Shown here: positions 26,371 through 35,444 of the stretch, piece after piece
How positions within the stretch are numbered: position 1 is the stretch's first letter
Layout: the number at the start of each line of letters is the position of its first letter
Source: a virus
Lineage: Duplodnaviria; Caudoviricetes
Reading direction: 5' to 3' (one strand)
IMG/VR virus record: IMGVR_UViG_3300048861_000028
Location: 1 to 39,272 of that record
Length of the DNA: 39,272 nt
Notes under the pieces: generated by a model
What the model was told of the DNA's origin: nothing
Databases searched by the model: none
Seen by the model: only the letters and a program-made list of their open reading frames with translations
Program-made: the position numbers and the translations under genes

Positions 26371-28340
26371 CCGTCAACAGTTCTGTCTCGTCAGCTTCGT
26401 CTATCGGGGACGGCGTCTCAACTGTCTTTCCTGTCCCGTTCTATTTTCTTGCGGACAATCATCTGAAGCTGATCAGCATCGGGACGAATAACGCCGAATC
26501 CGATCTGGTTCTGAACACCGATTATTCGGTGCAGGGTGCCGGTATTCAGGCTGGTGGCAGCGTCACGATGCTGAACGGCGCACCCGCGCCAGGCGTGCGG
26601 ATTCTCATCTTCCGCAGTGTGCCGATTGATCAGCAGGTCGATTACACGCCGAACGATAAGTTTCCGGCTCAGGTCACCGAAGGCGCGTTCGACAAGCTGA
26701 CGATGATCGCGCAGGAGCTGCAGACCAATCAGGATGCATCCATTCGCTACCCGCTCTCCGAATTCGGCACGGACGGCACCTTACCTTCTGCCGCCGCGCG
26801 AGCCGGGACCGTACTCGGCTTCGACGATAGCGGGACCATCAAGTTTCTCCCGATACCGCCAAACGTCGGTGCAGGCGATTTGCGCAACGAAGTGTTCGTC
26901 GATGGTGTCGACTACACGGCCGGCACGTCTACGACGCTCACGCTTTCCCGCCTGTACACGACCAAGGCAAATCTCGGATCGGTTGTGATGCAGGGCGTTG
27001 CGCAGGACCCGCGCAGCTATCAGTTGAGCGGATTGCAGCTGACGTTCGATGCGGTGATTCCGCTGGGCGTATCGAGCATCTGGCTCACTGGTGGCACGAC
27101 GCTATCGGTGGATAGCAACACGGCGGGGAAGGTCGCGATGTCGGCGAATGGCGTCGACGATACGCGCAGCTTCCAGCTCGCCTGCCTGGTTGCTCAGGAG
27201 ATCGAGTTCGTTGGAACTGGCCCGTTTTTCCTCGGCCCGGTGACTGTGCCAAGCAGTGTCAAATCGTGGTTCTCGAAAAGCGGCGCGGTCGTCAAACCGT
27301 CAGGCGCTGTTCCTGTCGGCGCAAACTTTTCGACGTGGATCACGGCATCCGGCTTATCAGACGCGAAAATCGGCGGCCTCGAATTTCAGGCGCCGTCGGC
27401 GACCTATAGCGGTCTGATCTCGCCGGGTAACTATGGCGGCCTGACGGTCCTGTCTCTTGCGAACTGCAGGTACACCGTTGTTGACCGAGTCGTGACGAAC
27501 GGCTCCGGATACACCGGAATTTCGAGTGCCCTTGGAATTGGGAACAAGATTTTGAATTGCCGTGCGATCGACTGGCTCGGCAATGGAATCAAGGCCTCCG
27601 GAAGCTCACTGGCAGCGCTTGACCTTGGTACCGAGATAAGCGGCTGTTATTCGGAAGGCAATGGCGCATCAAGCATCGCTCATGGTGTTGTTGTTCTGTT
27701 CGGCATCGATTTCAACATCCATCACAACCGCGCTAAGAATGCAGGGACGTTCGGCTTCGCCGCTGCCTTGTGCGAAGGCGGCGTCATGGGGGCCAATCAA
27801 AGCTACAACAGCATTCACGAAGGGCTCAATGTCGAAGACAGCAACCACGTGAAGGTGTTCGGCAATGAGGTGCGCTGGGATGCGGGGGGCGGTCCCGGCA
27901 TTGACTTCGGTATGAGCTTCTTCGGCAACACACGCAATTGCATCGGGCTTGAGGTAATCGGCAACAAGGTTCTCAACTCTGCCAGTAGCGGTATCGCGTT
28001 TGCGGGTTCCGCGTCGTTCGGCCTTCAGCACTCGCCGGTGCGCGACAACTTCGTTTTCAACTGCAATGCCAAGCAGGCCGCAGTAGCAGGCGGTGTCGAC
28101 AATCTCGCTGGCATCATGCTGTCGGCCACGCTCACCCAGTCAAACCCGATCGCGGGCAACACGGTGGTCGATACGGTCGGCACGCTCACATATGGCATTG
28201 CCGAACTGAATTTCGGCACTGGCTTTCCGTCGAGCAATGAAATCACATCGAACCGAACGTTTGGCGCTTTCACGGCGGGCGCACCCATCCATGCAAATAA
28301 CGCGTCGACCAAGACGGCGCTGAACACTTCACAGTTGTAA
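26367..28340 (+). CDS. tail fibre/tailspike with beta-helix (putative polysaccharide depolymerase)
   Basis: T7 gp17-like N-terminus (GDGVSTVFPVPF...DYSV...FDKLTMIAQ) followed by Asn/Gly-rich parallel beta-helix repeats. Confidence 0.85.
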   Translation: MTVNSSVSSASSIGDGVSTVFPVPFYFLADNHLKLISIGTNNAESDLVLNTDYSVQGAGIQAGGSVTMLNGAPAPGVRILIFRSVPIDQQVDYTPNDKFPAQVTEGAFDKLTMIAQELQTNQDASIRYPLSEFGTDGTLPSAAARAGTVLGFDDSGTIKFLPIPPNVGAGDLRNEVFVDGVDYTAGTSTTLTLSRLYTTKANLGSVVMQGVAQDPRSYQLSGLQLTFDAVIPLGVSSIWLTGGTTLSVDSNTAGKVAMSANGVDDTRSFQLACLVAQEIEFVGTGPFFLGPVTVPSSVKSWFSKSGAVVKPSGAVPVGANFSTWITASGLSDAKIGGLEFQAPSATYSGLISPGNYGGLTVLSLANCRYTVVDRVVTNGSGYTGISSALGIGNKILNCRAIDWLGNGIKASGSSLAALDLGTEISGCYSEGNGASSIAHGVVVLFGIDFNIHHNRAKNAGTFGFAAALCEGGVMGANQSYNSIHEGLNVEDSNHVKVFGNEVRWDAGGGPGIDFGMSFFGNTRNCIGLEVIGNKVLNSASSGIAFAGSASFGLQHSPVRDNFVFNCNAKQAAVAGGVDNLAGIMLSATLTQSNPIAGNTVVDTVGTLTYGIAELNFGTGFPSSNEITSNRTFGAFTAGAPIHANNASTKTALNTSQL

Positions 28341-28354
28341 CGGGGGGCTGAGAA

Positions 28355-28687
28355 ATGAATGACATGACCAAATCACGCTGGCTCGATACCAACATCAACG
28401 TGCAGTCGCTTTTTTTCGCCGTGATCGCAGCAGCCAGCGGTGCGGTGGTCATGTGGTACACGCTGGTCGGCCGTGTGTCTACGCTTGAGGAACACGACAA
28501 ACAGCAGGAGGTGCATTTCACCCAGATCGAGCGATCGCTAGACCAGCAACGCACGGATGTGAAAGAGCAGCTTCGCGGCATCGGGCAGGACGTGAAGGAC
28601 ACGAACAACAAGATCGACGCACTGACCCAGCAACTGATCCTGAGTAGCGCCGGCAACCGGCCAGACACAAAGAGGTGGGCACGATGA
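28355..28687 (+). CDS. membrane protein (1 TM + coiled coil), holin/antiholin candidate
   Basis: One N-terminal TM, heptad-rich C-terminus, first gene of the lysis cassette. Confidence 0.6.
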   Translation: MNDMTKSRWLDTNINVQSLFFAVIAAASGAVVMWYTLVGRVSTLEEHDKQQEVHFTQIERSLDQQRTDVKEQLRGIGQDVKDTNNKIDALTQQLILSSAGNRPDTKRWAR

Positions 28688-28941
28688 AAATCACTCTCGC
28701 AGATAACTGGCGCCAGCTCCACAAGCGCGGCACCGTGATCGTGGCCGGTGCATTCGCGGCCATTACTGCGTTCGGTCCTTCGCTAATCGACGCATGGAAT
28801 GCGGTGCCGCCCGATCTGAAAGCGGCGCTGCCGCAGGGCACCGCGCGCTACGTCTCGACGGCCGCGTTCGTGCTGATGATCTTCGTGCGCTATACGGCGA
28901 TCCGGCGGGAGCCGAAAGGAGGCGACGATGGCGCGCATTGA
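28684..28941 (+). CDS. holin
   Basis: Two TM segments, LADNWR...WNAVPPDLKAALP, charged C-terminus; precedes the endolysin. Confidence 0.72.
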   Translation: MKITLADNWRQLHKRGTVIVAGAFAAITAFGPSLIDAWNAVPPDLKAALPQGTARYVSTAAFVLMIFVRYTAIRREPKGGDDGAH

Positions 28942-29416
28942 TGCCGGTACGGCAGGAGGTCAGAACCGCGTGGCATTCCTCGACATGATCGCGTTCAGCG
29001 AGATCGGCGCGCAACTGCTCGCGGTGAGCGACGACGGTTACAACGTTCTGGTCGGCAGCACGCCGGCAAAGCCGTTGCTGTTCAAGAGCTATGCGGATCA
29101 TCCGAACGTGTTGAACGCAGCACTGCATTCGACGGCGGCCGGGCGCTATCAGATTCTGTATCGCTGGTGGCGCATCTACAAAGCGCAGATGTTTCTGCGC
29201 GATTTCTCGCCGCTCTCGCAGGATCGCTATGCGCTCCAGCAACTGAAGGAGCACGGCGCGCTGCCGTACATCGACGCGGGCCGCTTCGAGCTCGCTGTCG
29301 TGAAGTGCGCGAACGTGTGGGCCAGCCTTCCCGGCGCCGGATATGGCCAGCACGAAAATCAGATGACACATTTGCAGGCCGCGTTTCAGGCGGCAGGCGG
29401 GGAGGTAACGACGTGA
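28928..29416 (+). CDS. endolysin, lambda R-type lytic transglycosylase
   Basis: AFLDMIAFSE, STAAGRYQ, DFSP.SQD, WASLPGAGYGQ.E. Confidence 0.93.
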   Translation: MARIDAGTAGGQNRVAFLDMIAFSEIGAQLLAVSDDGYNVLVGSTPAKPLLFKSYADHPNVLNAALHSTAAGRYQILYRWWRIYKAQMFLRDFSPLSQDRYALQQLKEHGALPYIDAGRFELAVVKCANVWASLPGAGYGQHENQMTHLQAAFQAAGGEVTT

Positions 29417-29712
29417 CCGCAATTCTTCCATTGCTTATCAAACTCGGCCCGTTGGTGCTCGGCGCGCTCGGCATTCTGTTCGGTCTGTTCCGCCATCAGC
29501 AGGCTAAGACAGCGACGGCTCAGGCTGATGCCGTGAAGGCGCAGGCAGGGCAGCAGGTGGCCGCGCAGCAGGTTGCTGAGACGCAGGCCAATGCTGACGC
29601 ACAGAAGGCCGGCAGCGACGCCGCAGCGGTGCGCACTGACATCGACAACACGATCGCCGCTCAACCTACCGACGAGGTGCGAAATGAACTTCAGGATTGG
29701 ACTCGCAAGTAG
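29413..29712 (+). CDS. i-spanin (Rz-like)
   Basis: GGAGGT RBS + GTG; N-terminal TM then Ala/Gln coiled coil. Confidence 0.78.
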   Translation: MTAILPLLIKLGPLVLGALGILFGLFRHQQAKTATAQADAVKAQAGQQVAAQQVAETQANADAQKAGSDAAAVRTDIDNTIAAQPTDEVRNELQDWTRK

Positions 29713-29929
29713 CGTATTGCTTGCGCTGACGGCATGCCAGACGTGCCCGACCGTGACAACGCCGCCGACCGAGGTCATCACGAAAACTCGCGTCGTCGAC
29801 ACGTCGTGTGATTGGGTCAAACCGATCTATCTCGATAAGACCGACGTCCTGTCTGACGAGACCGCCAAGGCGATCCTCGCGCATGACCAGGCCGGCGCCA
29901 AAAACTGCAACTGGAAACCGCTCAAATGA
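29684..29929 (+). CDS. o-spanin lipoprotein (Rz1-like)
   Basis: GAGGT RBS; lipobox LTA-C; overlaps the i-spanin end; CDWVKPI motif. Confidence 0.8.
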   Translation: MNFRIGLASSVLLALTACQTCPTVTTPPTEVITKTRVVDTSCDWVKPIYLDKTDVLSDETAKAILAHDQAGAKNCNWKPLK

Positions 29930-30873
29930 AGAGACTACTCACTGCCGCGCTGCTTGCGCTCTCGTCGACGGTTTTCGCCGCGACGCTCAACCCGGTTCAA
30001 CTCATCAATCCAGCAGGATCGACAGCTGGTCAGGCGATCGTATCTACGGGCGCCACGACCGCGCCAGCATGGGGCAATGTGACGGCAACGGCGCTCGCCG
30101 CGCAGGCAGCCAACACAGTCGTCGCGAACGTCACCGGCTCATCCGCTTCGCCCACCGCGTTTGCGATGCCAAGCTGTAGCGCGACCGGCAATGCATTGAA
30201 GTGGACATCGAACACCGGCTTCACGTGCGCAACCGGCTACGCGTTGCTCTCTGCGCCAAGCTTTACCAGCGGCGTCGGAATTGCCGGCGGTCTGGCTATT
30301 TCCACCGGCGGGGCATCCATTGCGGCTGGCGGCCTGTCGGTCGTCGGGCCGGTCAGTGGTACGGGCTTTTCGAACTACCTAGCGGCGCCGCCCTGCATCG
30401 GCTGCACGACTCCGGGAGCGGGCACCTTCACGACACTGAAGGCGAGCAATTCGAAGGTCATCGCCAATAACACGAACGCGCAGAGCATCCCGAACAACAC
30501 GTCAACGGTCGTCACGACATGGACTTCGGTGCTGAACCAAGGGGCGAACTTCGTCACGTCAACCGGTGTCTATACCGCGCCGGCTGCAGGCACATATCGT
30601 GTGAGCGCCGGTTTGCAATTTGCCTCGGTGACCTGGGCAGCGGGGAATGTTATCTCGATTCAGGTCAGGCAGAACGGCGCGACGATATACCAAAGCACGA
30701 ATATCGTCGAAGCCGCAGTGACGCAGCCCTTGTATTCCTTCCCAATCAGCGTCGTGCTGAATTGCGCCGCAAATGACACAATCAGCGTATCTGTGCTTCA
30801 GACGCAGGGCGGCGCTGTGGCACTGTCGGGGACAGCGACGAATAACTTTCTGATGATATCGCAGGAACCGTAA
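29926..30873 (+). CDS. signal-peptide protein with Thr/Ala/Gly-rich stalk and C-terminal C1q/TNF-like domain
   Basis: MKRLLTAALLALSSTVFA-A; C-terminal GVYTAPAAGTYRVSA...NCAANDTISVSV. Confidence 0.7.
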   Translation: MKRLLTAALLALSSTVFAATLNPVQLINPAGSTAGQAIVSTGATTAPAWGNVTATALAAQAANTVVANVTGSSASPTAFAMPSCSATGNALKWTSNTGFTCATGYALLSAPSFTSGVGIAGGLAISTGGASIAAGGLSVVGPVSGTGFSNYLAAPPCIGCTTPGAGTFTTLKASNSKVIANNTNAQSIPNNTSTVVTTWTSVLNQGANFVTSTGVYTAPAAGTYRVSAGLQFASVTWAAGNVISIQVRQNGATIYQSTNIVEAAVTQPLYSFPISVVLNCAANDTISVSVLQTQGGAVALSGTATNNFLMISQEP

Positions 30874-31900
30874 CAGACCTTGACCTGAGCCACGCCGCTA
30901 CGGTGGCGTGGATTTTCACATCGATCATTCCCATCCCGATTCCCGCCAGCAGCGCGACGCCGAGCCCGAGAAAGGCAAAGCGCGAATCGAGCGCGCCGAA
31001 GTGCTTCACGCACACGGTGAACACGATCCACAGCACCGATGCGTGCATCAGGTAGATCCCATACGAATAATCTCCGGCCCGGTGCAGCAGTCGTGCGGCG
31101 AAGTGCTTCGGCGTGTCCGACCCGATTGCCAGTGTCGCGAGTAGAATGCCGACGCAACAGAGCGCGAACGCATATAGCTCCTGCTGCGCAAACAGGTGAA
31201 TGCGTTCAAGGAATGGCCATGCGATCACCACCACGCCAATGGCGCCGAGCATCGCCCGCGCGGTGACCGCCGATAACGACACCTTCCGGTGCACGTAATA
31301 GGTCAGCGCGCCGACGATGAAGAACATGTTGAAAAACTGGAAGAACACCGTGCTCACAGTGGGCGTTATCACTTTCGGCAGATCAAAAACATGGTGCGCG
31401 ATCAGCACGCCAATCAGCCATGCGACGAGGAAATACGGGAACGCGCGCTTCGCTTTGCCGATTGTGAACACCGAGCAAACCACGTAGAAGAACACCTCAT
31501 AGATCAGCGTCCACTCGATGTGCAGCGGATAGGGGATGACGCCCAGCGGCAGCAGCGTAAGTGATTCGGCGAGCTTCGGCTGCGTCACGGTATCCAGAAA
31601 CAGCACCTGGGCAAACAGTGAGATCGCCACCGCCACGAAGAAAGATGGGTAGATTCGCGCGGCCCGGCGAACGAGGAAATTGCGATAGCCGGTTTCTATC
31701 AGGTGCGCCATAAGGAAGCCTGAGATCGCGAAGAACAGCACGGCGCCCAGACCGAACACGCCGGTGAAGATCTCAAAAACGGTCGTGTGGTTGTTCGCTA
31801 CGATCCACATGTAGCCGCGCACGTGGAACAGGAGCACGCCCAAGGCGGCGATACCGCGCAGACTCTGAAGCCCCTCCAGCCGAGAATTATTCTTATCCAC
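30782..31900 (-). CDS. acyltransferase-3 family (O-antigen/polysaccharide acetylase)
   Basis: LQSLRGIAA..V..FH, FFAISGFL, RRAARIYP, WTLIYEVFFY, GDYSYGIYLMH; many TM helices. Confidence 0.92.
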   Translation of the reverse strand: MDKNNSRLEGLQSLRGIAALGVLLFHVRGYMWIVANNHTTVFEIFTGVFGLGAVLFFAISGFLMAHLIETGYRNFLVRRAARIYPSFFVAVAISLFAQVLFLDTVTQPKLAESLTLLPLGVIPYPLHIEWTLIYEVFFYVVCSVFTIGKAKRAFPYFLVAWLIGVLIAHHVFDLPKVITPTVSTVFFQFFNMFFIVGALTYYVHRKVSLSAVTARAMLGAIGVVVIAWPFLERIHLFAQQELYAFALCCVGILLATLAIGSDTPKHFAARLLHRAGDYSYGIYLMHASVLWIVFTVCVKHFGALDSRFAFLGLGVALLAGIGMGMIDVKIHATVAAWLRSRSVTVPAISSESYSSLSPTVPQRRPASEAQIR

Positions 31901-31915
31901 TTTACTGATCCTTGC

Positions 31916-32152
31916 TCATTCTGAATTTTTGCAAGCCGATGCGATGGACTTCTTCCAGGCGGCAGGATTTTGCCTCGACTCTGAAGATCCAGCGACATCT
32001 GCTTCCGTTGCCTCGATGCATGCCTTCACGTCGTGGCCTGTACCAGTGGGCGTTTGCTTGATCCAGTAGATGCAGCAGATCACGCCGATCGAGATTAAGA
32101 TGATCAGCCCTAGCTCATTTATGCGTTTCATTGGTTTCATCAGTTCTTTCAC
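31916..32152 (-). CDS. small membrane-anchored protein
   Basis: TM segment then short domain with two Cys; upstream of the acyltransferase; start uncertain. Confidence 0.5.
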   Translation of the reverse strand: MKELMKPMKRINELGLIILISIGVICCIYWIKQTPTGTGHDVKACIEATEADVAGSSESRQNPAAWKKSIASACKNSE

Positions 32153-32440
32153 GCGCGCAGTCTACAACAAGATGCTGCAATGGTCTGATGTAGGTCACGG
32201 CGCATGTGACCAAAGTGCGCCCGCATCTATACAATACGGGGCTGAAAAGGCAGAAAAACCTACAAAGTGGCACTGTCTCAAGGCTGACCGGCGCGAGACA
32301 TTTGCGTTATAAATCAACCGTTTGCTGCAATAACCCCGATCCTTCCTTGTCGTGACCCTAGCGAATTAAGGCTTTGCGAGAGCCTTATGCAGCAAGGGTT
32401 TGCACGTTGTCTGCATCCGGTTGTGCCCAGATTGTGACCA
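32153..32440. other. attP region
   Basis: Non-coding gap at the integrase 3' end; exact IHF consensus AATCAA-CCGT-TTG at 32312-32324; arm-type repeats TGTGACCA 32205-32212 and 32433-32440, TGTGCCCA 32422-32429. Confidence 0.65.
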
Positions 32441-33443
32441 TGTTGGCGTGCTCTGCCAGATGGTCCGGTGCGAGGTGGGCATACCGGAGAACGTGCTCGT
32501 ACTTTGCCCAGCCTCCCAATTCCATCAGCCGATTCAGCGGCGTGCCTGCCTGAACGTGCCAGCTTGCCCAGGTGTGGCGCACGTCGTGGAACCGGAAATT
32601 CTCGATGCCAGCACGGGCGCACTGCCGGTCCCATTGCGCGCTGCACCAACTGGTGATCGGGATCGGCTTGCCATTGCGCACAAACACGTTCGTCTCGTGC
32701 TTACCGATCCACCGACGAATCGCCGCGACCGCGTCGTCATTCAGCGGCACGCCGATCGGCTTGCGGGCTTTGGCCTGATCCGGGTGGATCCACGCCCGCC
32801 GGTTCACCAGATCAACCTGTGACCATTCCAGCCCGAGCAGGTTGGCGCGGCGCAGGCCGGTAGCAAACCCGAGAATCGTCACGTCCCGCATCCAGTCTCC
32901 CCGGATCGCAGCAATCAACCGTTGCGCTTCGGCCTTCGTGAGCCACCGCACGCGCCGGTTTGCCAGCTTCAGCGCTTCCAGCTTCGGCGCCTTGTCGAGC
33001 CATCCCCATTTCTCGGCGGCCAGTTTCAGCATGATCCGCATCGTCGCGAGGTATTTGTTCTGCGTGGCCCGCGCGACCGGCTTCTGCTTGTGCTTGCACC
33101 GCTGGTCCCACTTCGGCAGAGCCGCGGTGATTTCGTCGGGAGTGATCGATGCGAGTTCGCGGCCCGCGAAGAACTTACGGAAGTGCCGCATGATGATGAT
33201 GCGATTTACGTGGTCCGCGAGGTGCTCGCTTTCCTTGAGCATCCGTTTCACCGCATCATTCCATGTGTACGCTGGCCGTTCGCCCAGCTTTGCGACGCGC
33301 CAAAGATCGTGCTTCAGCTTGTCGTGATACTCCTGAGCCTCCTTGCGGTTGGTCGTTCCAGTAGTCTGTCTAACTCGCTGTCCACCTGGTGTGCGGATGT
33401 CAACGTGCCAGATGTCCGAGCCTTGACGCTTTCGGATTGCCAT
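32385..33443 (-). CDS. int: tyrosine integrase
   Basis: TGLRR, K, HDVRHTWASW, H/W (GGW), Y (RYAHL) catalytic motifs; AAGGAG RBS before ATG 33443. Confidence 0.96.
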   Translation of the reverse strand: MAIRKRQGSDIWHVDIRTPGGQRVRQTTGTTNRKEAQEYHDKLKHDLWRVAKLGERPAYTWNDAVKRMLKESEHLADHVNRIIIMRHFRKFFAGRELASITPDEITAALPKWDQRCKHKQKPVARATQNKYLATMRIMLKLAAEKWGWLDKAPKLEALKLANRRVRWLTKAEAQRLIAAIRGDWMRDVTILGFATGLRRANLLGLEWSQVDLVNRRAWIHPDQAKARKPIGVPLNDDAVAAIRRWIGKHETNVFVRNGKPIPITSWCSAQWDRQCARAGIENFRFHDVRHTWASWHVQAGTPLNRLMELGGWAKYEHVLRYAHLAPDHLAEHANMVTIWAQPDADNVQTLAA

Positions 33444-33637
33444 TTTTTGCTCCTTGGTTCCGTCCGCGCCGGTCGGTTGGAATTGTACTCTGTGGAAAAT
33501 TTGAGCTTGTCGGGCCACACGCGCCACTGGTTACCGACCTGGAAGAAGCCCATCTCGAGCTTGTGCGCGTAGACGGTCGAGTAGGAGACGCCGAGCAACG
33601 CCGCGGCTTCCTTCAGGGTGAGGGCTTTGTCGATCAT
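33314..33637 (-). CDS. xis: excisionase (HTH_17 type)
   Basis: LTLKEAAALLGVSYSTVY...QVGNQWR; upstream of and overlapping int. Confidence 0.8.
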   Translation of the reverse strand: MIDKALTLKEAAALLGVSYSTVYAHKLEMGFFQVGNQWRVWPDKLKFSTEYNSNRPARTEPRSKKWQSESVKARTSGTLTSAHQVDSELDRLLERPTARRLRSITTS

Positions 33638-33993
33638 CGCGACCTCACCATCATCGCAAGGTCCGCGCGCCGGTACATTTCCTCGAAGTACCCGGTGAGC
33701 TCGCCGGTGAGAACGGCGAATGTGCGCGGCTGGGCGACCGTTGCCGGATCGATGACCGGCTTCGGCGCGGGCTTCCGTCTCAGGTGCTCGGTCCGCGCGA
33801 GGATGAAGGAGACGGTCCGGTGCGGCTTGATCGTCGCGAGCTTTCCTTCGTCGACGAGGGTAAGAAGCACTTTCCTGACATCGGAGGCTGAGCCATTGAT
33901 CTTGCGCGCGAGACTGTTCGGCGAGTAGATCAGGCCCGGCTTGATCAGTCCGAGCAACGTTTCCGGGCTCACTGGTTTGCGTGCGTAGGGCAT
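33634..33993 (-). CDS. hypothetical, possible winged-helix protein
   Basis: YSPNSLARKINGSASDVRKVLLTLVDEGKL resembles a wHTH. Confidence 0.6.
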   Translation of the reverse strand: MPYARKPVSPETLLGLIKPGLIYSPNSLARKINGSASDVRKVLLTLVDEGKLATIKPHRTVSFILARTEHLRRKPAPKPVIDPATVAQPRTFAVLTGELTGYFEEMYRRADLAMMVRSR

Positions 33994-33994
33994 C

Positions 33995-34210
33995 TCAATT
34001 CCCCTTCAATCCAAGAAGGTAGTCGCCCGACACCTTCAGTGTTTTAGCCAGCGATACAAGCGTCTCATAGCTCGGATGCGTCTTGCCTTGCAGCAGCAGG
34101 CACACGACGCTCTTGGTCGAGCCGATGGCCTCGGCAAGCTGCGTTTGTGTCAGGCCGCGCGCTTCCTGGGCGAGCATGAGGCGCAGAGCGAAGTTGCGGT
34201 CAGTTGGCAT
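33995..34210 (-). CDS. XRE-family HTH regulator
   Basis: RGLTQTQLAEAIGSTKSVV...PSYETLVSLAKTLKVSGDYLLG. Confidence 0.88.
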   Translation of the reverse strand: MPTDRNFALRLMLAQEARGLTQTQLAEAIGSTKSVVCLLLQGKTHPSYETLVSLAKTLKVSGDYLLGLKGN

Positions 34211-35444
34211 CTGTCTCTCCGCTTGCCGGACGCGCGGCGGTCAGGATGGATTTAGCTGCGTTTATAAAAACTACCTTTGTTTTTTGGTTGGCCTCTGACC
34301 ATCTATCAAACTCGGTATCCGTATAGAAACGGGTGAACAAAATTGAGCCCAACTTATCCATATCTTTCTCTGTCAGCGCCCGCGTCTGCTCCACTGGTTG
34401 CGCGACGGTCAGAATTTCTCGCAGGCCCTTTGCGGTAGCGAACATCTGAACGCTGTTGCATACCTCAATCGCACGTTCTATCGTCTCGCGTTGATCTTCG
34501 GTCGGGAAGGTCTGTGCCACTGGTTGTGGGGCGGTGTAGAGCTTAGTGCCAATCGGAAGATGCGCAATTTCTCCGGCGTACCAGTCCAATGTTCGAGGAT
34601 AGGTGTCTTTTGTTGGAATCCCGTTTTCTTCCACAACCCACGCCACCGGCTCCGCCATCCCCGGCGCATCTGCCGCTGGTTGAGGGGCGGCGTTGCGATA
34701 AGCCTCGGCGGCACGATTAAACGCTCGCTGCATCTGAGGAGCTTGGAACGTCTGCTTCTCCGGATCGTCTTTGACGCAGTACTCGACCATTGCCCACGAC
34801 AGTTCGCCACTGCCGACAAGATGAGCGAATGGCCGAAGGCGCTTGCGCAGAAGTTCGTTTTCGGCGGCAAGCGCATGATTTGCCTCGCGCAGCATCTTGG
34901 CATCTGCAACCGCGCAACCTTCCGGCGTATCTGCTGCTTGTTGAGGGGCGGTGCCGATCGTCTGCGGCTCTGAACGCTGGGGAAATCTGCCCTCTCGAAT
35001 ATCGCGGGCGATGTTTTCGCTCATGGTCTCAAGGCGCTCATTCTCTGCCGCTGGGGCGGCTTGCAGTGCGGTGCGGGCGTATTCGTCCAGCAGGAATGTG
35101 GCGTTGCTCAGTATCATCACGCGGTCTGCAATCGAAACCGGCGTATTGGCATCGTTGAAGCGGGCCAATGCAGCGCGGAACTCTTTGAACGTGGGCTCAT
35201 CGGTCTGCGCAGGTGATGGCGCGGCAGCGTCTTTGGCGGTGCAGCGTCGAACGCTCGAACAGAATGCCGAGGTATCGCAGCATTGCGAATAATCGGGCTT
35301 GCTTGCAGATAGCAACGCGCGGATCTCCCTGTCGGTTTGAAGTCGAATCTCCGGGTCGCTGGTATGTTTCGTCGCGATCAGCACCACGGCGTCAATCGTG
35401 TCATCGTTCATATTCTTCCCGGCTTCGGGCCTGTTGGGGTTCAT
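34200..35444 (-). CDS. mosaic early protein (Ea22-like modular)
   Basis: Modules separated by APQP-type linkers; EPVAW and GTKLYTAPQP motifs typical of lambdoid Ea/Ead-region proteins. Confidence 0.65.
   Translation of the reverse strand: MNPNRPEAGKNMNDDTIDAVVLIATKHTSDPEIRLQTDREIRALLSASKPDYSQCCDTSAFCSSVRRCTAKDAAAPSPAQTDEPTFKEFRAALARFNDANTPVSIADRVMILSNATFLLDEYARTALQAAPAAENERLETMSENIARDIREGRFPQRSEPQTIGTAPQQAADTPEGCAVADAKMLREANHALAAENELLRKRLRPFAHLVGSGELSWAMVEYCVKDDPEKQTFQAPQMQRAFNRAAEAYRNAAPQPAADAPGMAEPVAWVVEENGIPTKDTYPRTLDWYAGEIAHLPIGTKLYTAPQPVAQTFPTEDQRETIERAIEVCNSVQMFATAKGLREILTVAQPVEQTRALTEKDMDKLGSILFTRFYTDTEFDRWSEANQKTKVVFINAAKSILTAARPASGETDAN

Noticed and set aside
26367-28340. Diversity-generating retroelement, as in BPP-1
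   Set aside because: No reverse transcriptase and no TR/VR repeat pair seen
32153-32385. tRNA or tmRNA fragment as att core
   Set aside because: No T-arm (GTTCGA) or CCA-end pattern recognised
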